A DNA stretch of 63,037 nucleotides, the filler included, from Reticulomyxa filosa (lineage: Eukaryota > Protista > Foraminifera): NCBI GenBank assembly GCA_000512085.1. It is 19 parts of 19 records of this genome, joined end to end, with 100 filler letters (N's around TTAATTAATTAA, not from the genome) between each part and the next. Parts side by side here need not be neighbours in the genome. Positions count along the whole stretch, not along the records: positions 1 to 2,060 come from ASPP01041946.1; positions 2,161 to 6,696 come from ASPP01028329.1; positions 6,797 to 9,618 come from ASPP01021422.1; positions 9,719 to 20,926 come from ASPP01037187.1; 15 more parts are not named here. One strand, given 5' to 3'. This document shows, piece after piece, positions 1 to 12,600 of the stretch (positions within the stretch are counted from its first letter, which is position 1; each line of letters begins with the position of its first letter). The notes under the pieces are model-generated. The model had not been told where the DNA came from, ran no database searches, and saw only the letters and a program-made list of their open reading frames with translations. Made by a program: the position numbers and the translations under genes.

Positions 1-576
1 AGTGGAGATTGAGATCGTGAGGTCCTGACTTTTTCAAAAGATGATCAAACGATGTGTTCTTTGAAAAGTCATATCATTAATCATAGTCAATGAATGATCA
101 TCTGTAAAGTATCTTCATCATACTATTTACTCATTGGGATGTAATTAAGCAAATAGAAAACAATGGCAATGAAGCAAACGCGAAAGAAAAATGTTATTCA
201 TTCAAGTATCTCTATTCTCCAAAGAAGAATTCGTCAAACCTGTTTTCTGGCGGAAACATCAAAGCCGACATCGGTCCAAGCTTCTATCAGCAAATAGTAA
301 AGATCAAGCCCAAGTTTGTATTACATATATATCAAATATGATTTATGTTTCCGATTGGTTGACAAAACATCATTCCGATAATTTTTTTCAAACCAGTAAA
401 AAAAAAAAATATTTTCTTTTGTATGTTACAAAGACTAAGAATAGCACATCCGAAGAAAGAAGAAGCAGACAATATGGCGAAAGAAAAGATGATTGATTTA
501 ATTATCAAAAAACACAATAGTGATTGCTTGGCAAGTATATCGATCAAGTCGTCGAGCATAAGAGTGAACAATTTGG

Positions 577-689
577 AAAAATCTTAATTGAAGAAGATAT
601 TTCTTCACAATAATCACCTGGAAGAAATTTTGCGAGACATTAAAAAAAAATTGTCCTATGTTGCTTTGGACTATGATGATGAATTGAAA
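577..689 (+). pseudogene. Actin gene fragment (decayed)
   Basis: 621-689 reads EEILRDIKKKLSYVALDYDDELK, matching actin (R)EIVRDIKEKLCYVALDFxxEM. It is preceded by a frameshifted KILIEE..YFFT segment (actin KILTERGYSFT). Confidence 0.85.
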
Positions 690-1396
690 GCCATTTCGTA
701 TGCCAACCAGTGGTGTTTATAACATTAAGAAGTTGGCGATGTGATTACTGAACGTATTGAACAAGGAACAATTACCTCTGGTGTCCCTGTTTGTTTTTTT
801 CCAACGAACGAACTGGCAAAGCATTTTCTGTTGAAATGCACCACAAAACAGTCGACAAAGCTGAAGCTAGTGACAATGTTGGTGTAAACGTGAAAAAATT
901 GAAAAAGGAAAATATGCCACATACACACTGGTAATATGATGTGATTTGCATTGATGACCATGCCTTGGATCCTACCCACCAAAACAAGCAGCCAAATTAC
1001 TACTTTAGTATTTGTTCAAGATCTCCAGGACAACTAATGACGGAAAAGGCAACTGTAATGAAGGATTTACCCCATCGATTCATATCAAAACTGCTAAGAG
1101 CTCTTGTCAAATGTTGAAAATTAAATGAAAAATGGGAAAGCAACAAATAATGCAAAGTGAGGGCACCACTTTCATTGAGGCCAGTAACCAAGCTAAAGTC
1201 ATATTTGCTCAAAAAATACCATTAATCGTGACTCATTTGATTAGTACAAACCATTGGGTATGTCTAAAAATAAAAAGAATATTTTATATGATAATAAGAG
1301 CTTATATTGTATTGTTTTGTTATAATTGTTATTATAGGACGAACAGCTCAAATTCGTGATATATTGAGAAAAGTTGTGTCAGTAGAACACAAGTTA
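688..1396 (+). pseudogene. EF-like (EFL) elongation factor C-terminal half, decayed, retaining one intron (1258-1337)
   Basis: Frameshifted pieces: KPFRMPTSGVYNI / EVGDVITERIEQGTITSGVPVCFFPT / GKAFSVEMHHKTVDKAEASDNVGVNVKKLKKENMPH / TFIEASNQAKVIFAQKIPL / KPLG-intron-KVVSVEHK. The SGVY, EQG and GxNVKxLxKxNMP signatures are EFL-type rather than canonical EF-1alpha. Confidence 0.8.
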
Positions 1397-1575
1397 GAGC
1401 AAAAATTGACACAAAAACTTTAAATGAGTGGTTATTTTATTTTAATAATTCCACTTGTTTTTTTTCTTATCGTGCAAATATCAAGTTTATGTAACACGAT
1501 TTCAATTTGAGTTTGAAAAAAAATCATTTATCGAACAAAAATGTAATTTCTTGCGAATAAGGAATTGTTGTTGAA

Positions 1576-1758
1576 TTAAAAAACATCTAGCCAAAAGCAG
1601 ACCGTCCCAAACCTGCACAGTCTTTGTAACCCACCCCTTTGGGTACGTTCCGCTTCACCTGAGCTTTCTGCGTAAGGACCTGTCATGATCACTTTCAATT
1701 TGTTTGATCTACAAAATCTCATTATTTCTTTGTCATCATTGGTCATCCAAAATTTCAT
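1576..1758 (-). mobile_element. Retroelement/DDE integrase core remnant
   Basis: WMTNDDKEIMRFCRSNKLKVIMTGPYAESSGEAERTQR resembles the rve integrase segment SDxGxE...FC...I...TxPYxPxxNGxAERxNR. It is short and degenerate. Confidence 0.45.
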
Positions 1759-2060
1759 GTATCACTTTTTTTTCTTTTTTTTTTGAAAGAAAGGACAATA
1801 AATTCATTTACAATTTCCTTATTCTTAAAAATATATTTGTGTTGCGAGAGAAGTATCAGATGATTTTTTTCTAATTAAAAAGTGCTAGAAATATGGATAT
1901 ATCAATGTGGAAAAATATACTAAAATAGAACTCAAGTTGAAATCGTGCTTATATGAACTGCACGACAAAAAAAAAAACAAAATAATCATTCATTCAAAAG
2001 CTTTTGTGTCAATTTATTGTTCTCACTTGTATTCTACTGACACAACTTTTCAATATGATC

Positions 2061-2160
2061 NNNNNNNNNNNNNNNNNNNNNNNNNNNNNNNNNNNNNNNN
2101 NNNNTTAATTAATTAANNNNNNNNNNNNNNNNNNNNNNNNNNNNNNNNNNNNNNNNNNNN
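2061..2160. other. Artificial contig-joining spacer (first of 18)
   Basis: N44-TTAATTAATTAA-N44, with stops in all six frames. Identical 100-nt spacers start at 2061, 6697, 9619, 20927, 22753, 24179, 28005, 31494, 34693, 37765, 41958, 46765, 48831, 50420, 52329, 54083, 58326 and 59982. Confidence 0.99.
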
Positions 2161-2581
2161 ATCAAGTTCAATTTGCTTAGCAAAAACAGAAGAAGTTGGT
2201 AAGGGTTCATAGTCAAAATGCCTCAACTGGACAAGTGCTAAAAAGTTCATTTTTTTTAAAAAAACACTTGGAAAAACCTTTTACTACAATTTTTAAACAG
2301 AAAAAGATGCGCCAGCGTGTCATTTCATTTTTGTAGAGTAAACTAATTTTTTTCTGTTTCAAATCAATAAAATTAATGGCTTTGGTTTAATAACTATTGA
2401 TTTGCAGATTTACAGTTGATAACAAGTAAGACATATGTTTCTTGAACTTTTAAACTATTTTGTCTTTTAGAAGCTTTTAAAAGTCCAAAGTTATGAAATA
2501 CATAACTAATTGTATGGTTTAATGAACAAGTTAAGATACCCTATCTATGGGCAAAAAAAATTATTTTCAAATCGTGGTTCA

Positions 2582-5500
2582 TCAATGACGTTTTGATCGC
2601 TTTTCGTCCATTTTCACCACTTTATCTTCAATTTTTAAGTCTTCATTTACAACAAATGTACGAATTTGTCGTGGTGATAAAGTTGTCACTGTTCCTTGAG
2701 TGGCTGCGGTCTTTTTCTTTCCATTGACAACTCGGACGTTTCCATCTTCGTCCACAATGTTCCATTGCAATTTATGCAAGTTTGCCAAAGGTAGGTTGGC
2801 TGTCAATGTCATTTCTGTTACTTGATTGACAGGTACGACATTTGGATTAAATATTGTACTCAAATTAATAGTTTCATCAACACTCCTGTTTGTTTTTTTT
2901 CAAGCAACAACATTGACATATATTTAACATTTGTGCGAGAGTACTGGTACAAATAAAAAGATTTATTTGTAAGCAATTATAATTACCATTGTGCATTTTC
3001 TCCAACTTCAAACATATGTTGCAATTGCAAAATGAGTCCTTGGTTATAGTTTAATCCATTGTAGGCATATCGCAATTCTTGCAAATGGATGTTACTTGGT
3101 AGTCCTTGTGAATAATTGCTACTTATTGCAGTCCAAGATACACCATATTTGCTTGTCCAGCTGCTGATGGAAGAAGCGAGCCCATAAAATTTGGTGGCAC
3201 CATAATGTTGAATTTGATGCAATCTTCTGGACAAATACGAGACTTCTTCACTGGCATCATAAGTTACAAAGATGCGTGGTTCAATATGCGTTGTTTCATT
3301 GAGAACTTCTCCAACACCTCTGCCGTCATCACTCAAACATCGGCGATGCAACATCAACTCCATTTCTCCGCTACGCAAACTAGCTACTCCATGCGCTTGG
3401 TTTACAATGGTCGCAAAGCGATAGTCGTCGCCGGAGTCGCTGATATAGGTTTGCGAAGCTGTTGGATAATAATTGGCTCCCAAACGTTCGTCGAGATTGG
3501 GATTGTACGTTCGTTCGACATATTCCAATGCATTTTGACAGGTATACATCACTCCGCTGCTATCTAACGAGGTTCTCCAGCGAGTGACAAATTCTGCACC
3601 TTGATCCATTGGACCCAAATGAACCTCAACCTATGTTGCGTCATTTTTACAGATTCACAATGGTTTTGTAAGATAAAAAACAAAGATGAATATCATCCCG
3701 ACTTAACGTCAACATATTTCAGGTCGTCAACAAAGTCTCCATTAAATACACGATACGTTTGTGAATAATTTGTTTGCCACACTTGTTGCATTTCACTTAC
3801 TAATGGACCTTCCAAAAATACGACATCGACAGGGGGGTCAATTGACTTGAAAATGAGGCCTCGCTCAAATGCAACATACGACACTTCATACGTAGCAGCA
3901 GAGCTCACAGCAGTTTCGGGGAAAACATTTAATCCAAAGCCTTTCTTTGAATTGTACACTGCAGTAGTCGCAACGAAAATCACACCACTTGATGGATCGG
4001 GAGATAATTGCCTCAACGAATATAACACCACAGGTTCATTCACCACAAATTCACTTGAATTGAAAGTAAAGTTCACTTTGATCACATTGGTGGTCTTTGC
4101 AGGAACGATGAATGTGGTCTTTCCACTTACAAGTAAGTCTAAATGTAAATGTAAATATGTCAAATTTGTGGTTTTATTGTATTTGATTCTTTCGTTTTAA
4201 AAACAGAAAGAGAAAAAAAATAAAAGTCATCACCATTGGAAGTGCTTGTGAGTGGATTCCAGGCCAACCAATCCAAATACACATTTTCATTCCAATTGCT
4301 ATTGGTGTCAATTCTTGAGATGGACACAGTTGCACTCGAGGTACTGGTTGTGGTGATTACAGTCGCGTAACTGGCTCCAGAGTTGCAATTGCTGCTGCGC
4401 ACAGACACCACAACTGAAGGTACGTCTGCATACATATTCTTTGGGAAATTGATTGTTACTTGTTTGGTCTGGGAGTTGGATTGACTTACAGCAACTGTGC
4501 CGTACTAATTTGTTTGTTTTTATTGTCATTATTCGTGTCCGATATAGTTGCATTTTGGAGTCACTCAAGTAATAATTCAAAAACAAAATGAATAAACAAA
4601 ATAAAAAAATACAAACTGTGGTTTGTCCATCATCGAAATTAAATTCATTTTGCTCATTGGAATCAAATACCAAAAAGTCGAAGGATGGATTTTGACCCCA
4701 ATTGGAACCATCAGCTCTCCAATAGCGATAAGTGAACTCTGCATTTTCGATACTGTAAGCACAAACAGTGGGAACAAAAGTGTCGTAATATTGTCCCTCG
4801 CCATGAGCCGCGACAATAAATCCCGGAGATGGATTCGTGCTATTGAAAGGCTTTCGGAACGCTAATATATTCGTCTGCTCTTGACTGCCGGATGACGTCA
4901 GAGTATATCGGTTATCTTGTGCAGGTCGGAAGATGTAAGCACCTGAGTTCTAAATACAAAACAAACATGTTTGAGTTATTATGAAAATGCAAGTGAATAT
5001 ATATATATTTTTTTATTTTTTATTTTTTTTTAAATCAAGAAATAAACTTGTAATCCATCAGAGTAAATTCCACCAGTTGGAGCATATTGGATCCATGTGT
5101 TATTCAAAACAAACTCTTGCTTCAATCCATTGTTTTGAAGTCCAGTTAAATAAACTCCCTTGGTCTTTTGGTCTTCAGTGAACGTCAGGGTATAATATCC
5201 GGTTCCAATTGTATACGTATCTGCTTGATCGTTTCGGAAGACGTCACGAGCATAACGAACCTTGGCCAAGTTCACTTTGGACGTGTCATTGGAAAGTTTG
5301 ACAAAGAACGTACTAAAAGACAACGGCGCCATGGTGGCTTTAAAAAACAAAATGTGGGTGCACGGATCATGGAAAGGTTGAGCATATTCGGTGACCGGAT
5401 TGATTTGAGACAAGACTTCTTCTCCTGTTGCATCGAACACTACCAAATTCGATATATTGGATGGTACTTGGATTACCTCGGTTACAGTCCTACGTGGATT

Positions 5501-6527
5501 AAAAGACAAGATTTTTGATTGCACCGAAACATTGTTTGTTTTTTTTTTTTGCAGTGACAATAATTACATTTCCATAAACACATACAAAACACGTATATTA
5601 AATAAAATAAAAAAAACTCAACCAAGCCAGACTGTTATACAACACAACAGCCAAGACGTTGTTGTTTGTCAAAGAGCTGATCAATGATTCATTTCGCACC
5701 AATGGGGGTATGTTGGAGCCTTTTTTCAAGAAATAGGGGGCAACTTGTTCAGTGAATGGTATCACTTTCTATATTTATATGTATGATTTTATTTTAAGTA
5801 CTGCAAAAAAAAAAAAAATTTATATATATGTATATATCACATTAAAAAAAAATTGGTATTTTTTTGTTAACATCAGTGCCTTGCTGCAACATATACATAT
5901 AATCATCAGTAGTATGTTGTGTAGCAGTCCCACTGACTCCGTCGTGGTGTTGGGCAGAATCAATGGCGTGTCGCAAGTAAGAAATATTGTTCATGATTGC
6001 AGTTTCATTGAAAACATTGGAATACGTGTTAAAAAAGTTCATGTTTTTAGCAAACGTGAACCATTGCTCTGCAGGTCTCATCACGTTTTCTCGAGAGCGG
6101 ATAAACTCTTTCAATTGTGGGCGGGATGTAAAGTATCCAGTCCACCACGCATGAGGACTATCATCGTAGGTGAAAAAGTCATTGGTCTCCAAGTTCCATG
6201 TCAAGTTCAACGCATGGACCGCGTGTACGTAATCCGCAAATGTGGAATAAATGACAGTCGCATTATACGTGTGATTACTGTTAATGTATTCCATGAGCTT
6301 GTCCATTTGTATCATTGACTGATAGGCGTTCTGATGCGCAAAATCACAGCCAAAAGGAATCAACACGTGCTCGTGGCGATACCATGAGCTTTTGGTTCGA
6401 GCATCACTCACAAACGACTCACCCAATTCAATGTAGTTGGTCGGATAAGAAGGAAGGCGTGGATCCGTTTGGATAAACGTTCCATCATAAAACGTTATCT
6501 CACTTGGACTGCAATAGCTTGATTCCT
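2582..6527 (-). CDS. GH38 lysosomal-type alpha-mannosidase (MAN2B-like), multi-exon, 5' truncated, with internal lectin-like insertion
   Basis: Motifs HVLIPFGCDF, WWTGYFTSRPQLK, QHHDGVSGT, VVLYNSLAW, SGAYIFRP, GPLVSEMQQ, ANYYP, GEMELMLHRRCLSDDGRGVGEVLNE, LQLQHMFEVGE and TLSPRQIRTF occur in correct order over about 9 exons. Stop at 2582-2584. Confidence 0.95.
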
Positions 6528-7326
6528 ATTTAATATATACACATATATGTATATATAACAATCATTATGTTACGCATGTACATTGATACATATACATATA
6601 TAAATATATATAGCAAAGAAAAGTAAGTGCAAACAGAAGATTAGAACAGCAAAGGGGGATATTGCACAGTGAGGATCAAACATTTATATAAAAAAANNNN
6701 NNNNNNNNNNNNNNNNNNNNNNNNNNNNNNNNNNNNNNNNTTAATTAATTAANNNNNNNNNNNNNNNNNNNNNNNNNNNNNNNNNNNNNNNNNNNNAACA
6801 ACAACAAGCAAAAACAATAATGCAACTACATTTCTTTTTTGATTACCTTTTAAAAAATGGAAAAAAAAAAAGTGAACACATTTTGTGATATCTTGTTAAG
6901 TTGTTATAACAATAATGTTTTTCTACATCCCACAAAATTGTGAAATCTACACCCCAAGAAATTTAAAAAGGACAAGTATAGCAATATTTCCACGAAAAAA
7001 GATAGAAGAAAAAAAAGCTGTTAGTCATAAGCATCGCTACAATAACATTAAAAAGAGCGATTTGTGTAATGTTTAAACTCAAAGTTTATGTGGTCTGTGA
7101 TTGTGTTATATAAGTTTTAAGTTTCTAATAAAAACATTTTGATATTTTAAAAACCCTACATGTTTAGAACTAATTTGCTGACATAACACCAAAAAGTGTG
7201 CATTTAATATTTTTAAACAAAACAGAGCTACATTGCTAAGCATCACTTTAAACCTAATTAACATTTTGTATTTGACATACAAAAATTGTTGTGGCTTTGT
7301 TTGTGTTTGTACCTAAAAAATTATTT

Positions 7327-9510
7327 TCAACTACTAAACAATGAGGATGCGGGTTGAGGTGACAACATACGAACAAAAGTATCCAAGTCATTTGTTGGTC
7401 GTTGACACATAGTTTCTTCGCAAATTTGTGCCAACAAATAGCGATCTGTGGATACTTGCTTAGTGCTTTGGTTGTTTGCTAACTGGAATTGCCTGAATTC
7501 TTCGTTAAGGAGGGACATGGCATCAATATTGTCATCGTTCAAGCCAATGATGACACAATCGGGCAGATAATTTTTGAAAAGGTATGCAGCAAATGAGCCC
7601 ACCCCAGCGGCATCGGAAGAGGCCTCTTTTTTTTCGTCCTTTTCGTCCACAGAAGTGGACTCTTTTCCATCCCCGGAAGCGAGTTCTTTTCCATTGTTCG
7701 GAGTGGTAGTGTCCAGTACAATGTGCCGATAAGGTCGAAGTAACGAGTCTAAAGCGGTCACTCCATTGGGAAGTGCTTTTGATGTGTCTTTCATGCGATG
7801 TGATAACCACTCCAATGTTTGTTCCGAATATTTCAAATATCTTTATTTTTTTTTTTTTAGTTACCAAATTATTACGCAAGTTCTTTAAAGTTTAAAAAAC
7901 GTGATGAAAAAAATAAATAAAAGTATGATATTATTTGTTTGTTTGAAAAGAAGACAAAAGAACAAAACTTTTTTTGATGAGTGATAGAATACAGCCTCAG
8001 CATGTTCTGTACAGCAACTGTACTAGACGCAGGCTCTGCCCCGTCATATTCTTCTTTGGAACGGAACAGCACATAAGGATCATTGGCAAGTGACTCAAAA
8101 AACCCACCAGACGTTTCATCGTAAAACAATTGCAGCTGTAGATCTTGCAATTCAATACTCCATTCCAGCCACTGCGCATCAAACACAGTCGCTTCGTACA
8201 AATCCAGCAGCCCTTGAATCAAGCTGGAATAGTCACTCGAGAAGCCTTCAGTCGTCGATGCGCTCTTACGGTAATTGCGTAGTAAGTGTTTGTTGTCCTT
8301 TCGACACAGCTCGCGTTTAATAAACGACGCCGCGCGAATTGCCGCTTGGAGATATGGGCTGTCTTTCAATGTGTTGCTTTCACCGACCACAAACACCTTA
8401 TGCGCATTGGCGAAAGCACTTATCGCCATTCCATTCCAGCTGGTTATAATTTTATCGTCCAAATGTGGCCTGGGTCTGTTCTCGGGTTTACTGCGATGCT
8501 CAAATAGCTTTTTCTTTCCTTTTTTTTTTTTTTTAAAAAAAAAAAGTTCGTTTTGTTGTAGCAACAAACAAATCAATGTCCACTGTCCAAACTTTTTTTT
8601 TTTTTAAAAAAAAAAAAAATAAACCTGCAATCAACAGCTGTTCCACTTCCTGTTCATCTTCAATTTGACATTGCTTTGCGGTCTCTTGGACAGTCTTCCT
8701 TTTCAACAAAACATTGAGTCCCACAAATTCGTTGTGCGGATCTGACCGCTCGGACAAGGTGCAGTTGCCATTGGCTTCCACACCGTAATAGCACTTTAGC
8801 ACTTTCGCCTCGTTTTTATCGAGGATTTTATCAATCTCCGATTCCTTCCAAACGTAAAATGCCCCTTCTTTCTAGATTATATACATATACAGATACGTAT
8901 ACATATACATGTTCTTATTTTGCAAAAAAAAAAAAAAAAAAAAAAAAAAGTGTTTGGTTGCGCATTTCCGTAAGCATTAAAAAAAAGCCTGATATGAAAC
9001 ACGAAACTTTTTTCTTATCATTGGGCAAAGGCAAGGAATCGGCATCTTCGGCCGAGTAAATACCCCCATCGGGATGGGTCAGGTCTCTTTGAAGATAGAG
9101 CAGCGTTTCCTCACAAATGCGTTTGAACCAAGGGTTTTTTGTGATTCGAAACCCTTCCAAGTAGGAGTTGACCAATTGAGCATTGTCGTACAGCATTTTT
9201 TCAAAATGCGGTACATGCCAATATTCATCCACGGAATAGCGATGAAATCCGCCACCAATGTGATCATAAATGCCCCCATTGCCCATACATTCCAAAGTGC
9301 GAATGCACATGTCCAACGCACGCTTCGCCTGCTCTTGATTTTTTTTCTCCGTGCTTGTGCCAAAGCGAAAGTAATAGCGGAACAGCACGTTCAGCTCTAC
9401 CGGACGCGGAAACTTGGGTGCGGACCCGAAGCCCCCCAGTTTGGTGTCGTAGCTTTTCGCAAAAGCGGAATAGCAATCTTTGATTATCTCCTCGCCGATC
9501 TTCTTCACAT
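7327..9510 (-). CDS. SPATA20/YyaL (DUF255) family protein, multi-exon, 5' truncated
   Basis: GGFGSAPKFP, GGIYDHIGGGFHRYSVDEYWHVPHFEKMLYDNAQL, GGIYSAEDADS, EGAFYVW, RPRPHLDDKIITSWNGMAI, YDGAEPA and a C-terminal AQICEETMCQRP. Confidence 0.95.
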
Positions 9511-9576
9511 TAGTCTAATGGTGTCGTACATAAGCATATGTTTTTTTTTTTTTTTTTTTTTAAAAAAAAGGGGGGG

Positions 9577-9618
<42 letters not shown>

Positions 9619-12600
9619 NNNNNNNNNNNNNNNNNNNNNNNNNNNNNNNNNNNNNNNNNNNNTTAATTAATTAANNNNNNNNNNNNNNNNNNNNNNNNNN
9701 NNNNNNNNNNNNNNNNNNTATTCCTCAGACTCACCATTACTGTTTGGTTTTTCTGTCCCTTGATGAAGAAGCAAAAACTGATTTTTGGTGTTTGTAAGAT
9801 GTGTGGTGTCAAATGTTAAATTGGGTTATTTGGTGAACCGTTTTTGTTTTTTTTCATTATGTTTCCACCTTCAAATTGTTTTGAGGTGAGTAACATAAAT
9901 TACCAGGTTTTTCACAAAAATGTAAGGTCCAGAATGAATACTATCGAGTTTTTTTAAAAAAATTGCGATACCTCTTCATTTTCATATTAAAATTACTAAA
10001 ATTTGAATTATTTTTTTGCTTGCAACAACTTGTATTTTTTCTTACAAGTGTTTTTTTTATTTGATATTGTGCTTGAAAGCCACCACTGACATTAGCAAAG
10101 TAAAAAATTTGATATTTTCAATTATAATGATCGTTAGATACTTTTATTCAGAAAATTTCTTCAGCAATCCTGGAATGAAAAGAATGTCCTTTTAAACTTT
10201 TTAGAGTTGGACATCCTTTGTAACGATATATTTTAGTGATTTAGTAATAAATGGAATGCAACGTCTGTAGCAGTCGTCATTCTTATCAATGATAGCTTTT
10301 GCTTAAACTTAGCACTTTCTTTTTAGAAATGATACCAAATTCACAGCACATGATCAACAGAATATCAAATATTTTTCATAAAAATGCGAAAGGTTAATAT
10401 AGATTTATTTATCTGTGATTTTGGCTCATTTTTAAACATTGTGAATCATTTTCTTGAATTTGTGGTCTAGATGGTATCTTCCAGTGAAATTGAAAAATAA
10501 ATTATGCAAAACATTAAAAAAGATTATAACAAGATAAACTAACAATAAAAAAGATACACACAATGTGAAAAAAAAGACTGTATGAAAGGGGGTTTAAAAA
10601 AATATCACAAGGTACTAACTTCCAATAACAAGAGGAGTTGCGGAAATTGATGTCGAGTCCCTTCACATCGTTCAAATCCAAGCAACATGGCATGTTTTTT
10701 CCTCTTCTCTTGAAAATGAAAAACAATCCAAATCAAAAGAAATATTGATACAATTGGATAGAACTTTGTTTTAATGCTTTAGATTGGTTTTTATCAGAAA
10801 TTGCCACAATTTCAAACATTGTGATTGACAAGCAACTTTGACTTATCTTTCTGAGCGTGTTTGATTGAAAAACAAAGGATCAAAATATTCCATTTTTGTT
10901 TCAGCGTATAACCATTGTACGAAGTTGTGCTTTTTTTTTTAGAAGAAATACAGTTTGGTTCTACACAGATAGATAACTTTTTTATAGACAAAGTTGAGTA
11001 AATGCAATAAATATTCAAATATGTTCATTTATTACTGAAATGATAATGTCATATTGCAATTACTTTTTTGATTCAAATTTGATCTTTTTGCAAAATTGTG
11101 AAGATTTGCTTCCAACAGACGAAAAAACATCAAATGTTATCAATGAAATTGAAGAAGAACAAAGGTGTTACATCCACTTTGTTCAACAATCAGCTTAATG
11201 ACTTTCTTTGTTTTTTTGAAAGACAAAACAACATTTCCACATCTTCTAGCTGTTTGGCAACTCTTGTTAATCACTCTTTACTTCAGATATGGAAACAAAA
11301 AGTTAGCAAAGCTTTGTAGTTTGCTGTTGAGAGAAAATATTACAAACACAAAATTTTAAAAAATGGAACTACGTTCCCCCTTGCAATTTGTTCATTTAAC
11401 TGATTTTTTGATAAAATTTTAACAAACAGATAAATAACACAATAACTAACTTATTTGATCAATATTTAATTAAAAAAAAACAGTTTAATTTATTTTAATG
11501 AAAGTGGTTTATTTTTAAGAAATTAGTTCAAAAAAATAAAAATGACCCACAATGTTTAAAAAATATGTAATATCCTTGCGACGATTGAACTTTGAAGTGC
11601 TTACAAACAAATTTAAAAAAAGGAACTTTGGTCAAACAAGAGAAAAATCCCAAAAATAGACACAAACGACTAGTTTTTCCTTCCATATCCTTTTCATAAA
11701 AGCACTATTCCAAAATAATGATACATTTTTGATAAATTTTCTTGAGTTGCCACTGGCAATGTATTTCAATACTACGTATACAACATCGTCCCGAGTCAAA
11801 ACAAATTCGCATCAAAGTTTACCACTTTTTTGTTTATTCCACCAAAAAAGAGAAAAACCACGTGAATACTTGCGCGTTGGATAAATTATCAATAATAAGC
11901 TTTAACTTCATATGGATATACTTATTGCTATTTCAGTGACAACAAACAAAAATTGTTTAATTTTATTTTAAAAAATGTCGATTTGTAATTATTAAAACAC
12001 GTAAACAGAGTTCGCATAAACTATGTACCAGTAACAGCTTCAAAAAGGGACTTAAATACATCGTGCAATTTCACGCTCGAAGTACGCGTACGAAGAAGTT
12101 AGTAACAACATATGGATTGTACATAACAATCGCATTTACAATAAACTAGCTCGATTTCTTTAAGGCAAACAAGTTCAAACCCGATAAACTTTTAAAAACA
12201 TTTTTATGCAATGTATCTTTAAAAAAAGTTTATAATGCGTCAATGTGCAACCTAAGAAAAAAATCCCGAGCCGAAAGGGCCAGCTTTAAGATAGACACGA
12301 AAAGTGGTGTCGCTTTGTATACTAATACAACAAAAAAAATAGTCTTATGTTCAAAATAAACAAAGAGTTTTTTGACAAAAAAGTAGAAGTCCTAGTGCCA
12401 GCAAAGTAAACAACAATAATACAGGACTAACCAATAATTTATGAATCTTCAATTGCTAGCAAATCAGTAAAAATAAGTATTGCAAAAATCACAATACAAT
12501 GATCACAGAGAATTTGATCATCTACACCTTTTTGAATTAAAGTATTTGGAATTACAATTAGTTTCATTGTAGATACAGCATTTGTGAGTTAAAAACTTGA

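Noticed and set aside
26-71. Imperfect inverted repeat TGACTTTTTCAAAAGA / TCTTTGAAAAGTCA as an element terminus
   Set aside because: It is short, AT-rich, imperfect and at the window edge, with no second copy or target-site duplication seen.
2105-2116. Recurrent palindromic TTAATTAATTAA inside N-runs as a biological repeat or CRISPR-like array
   Set aside because: It is the identical six-frame-stop linker of fixed 100-nt spacers added during contig concatenation.
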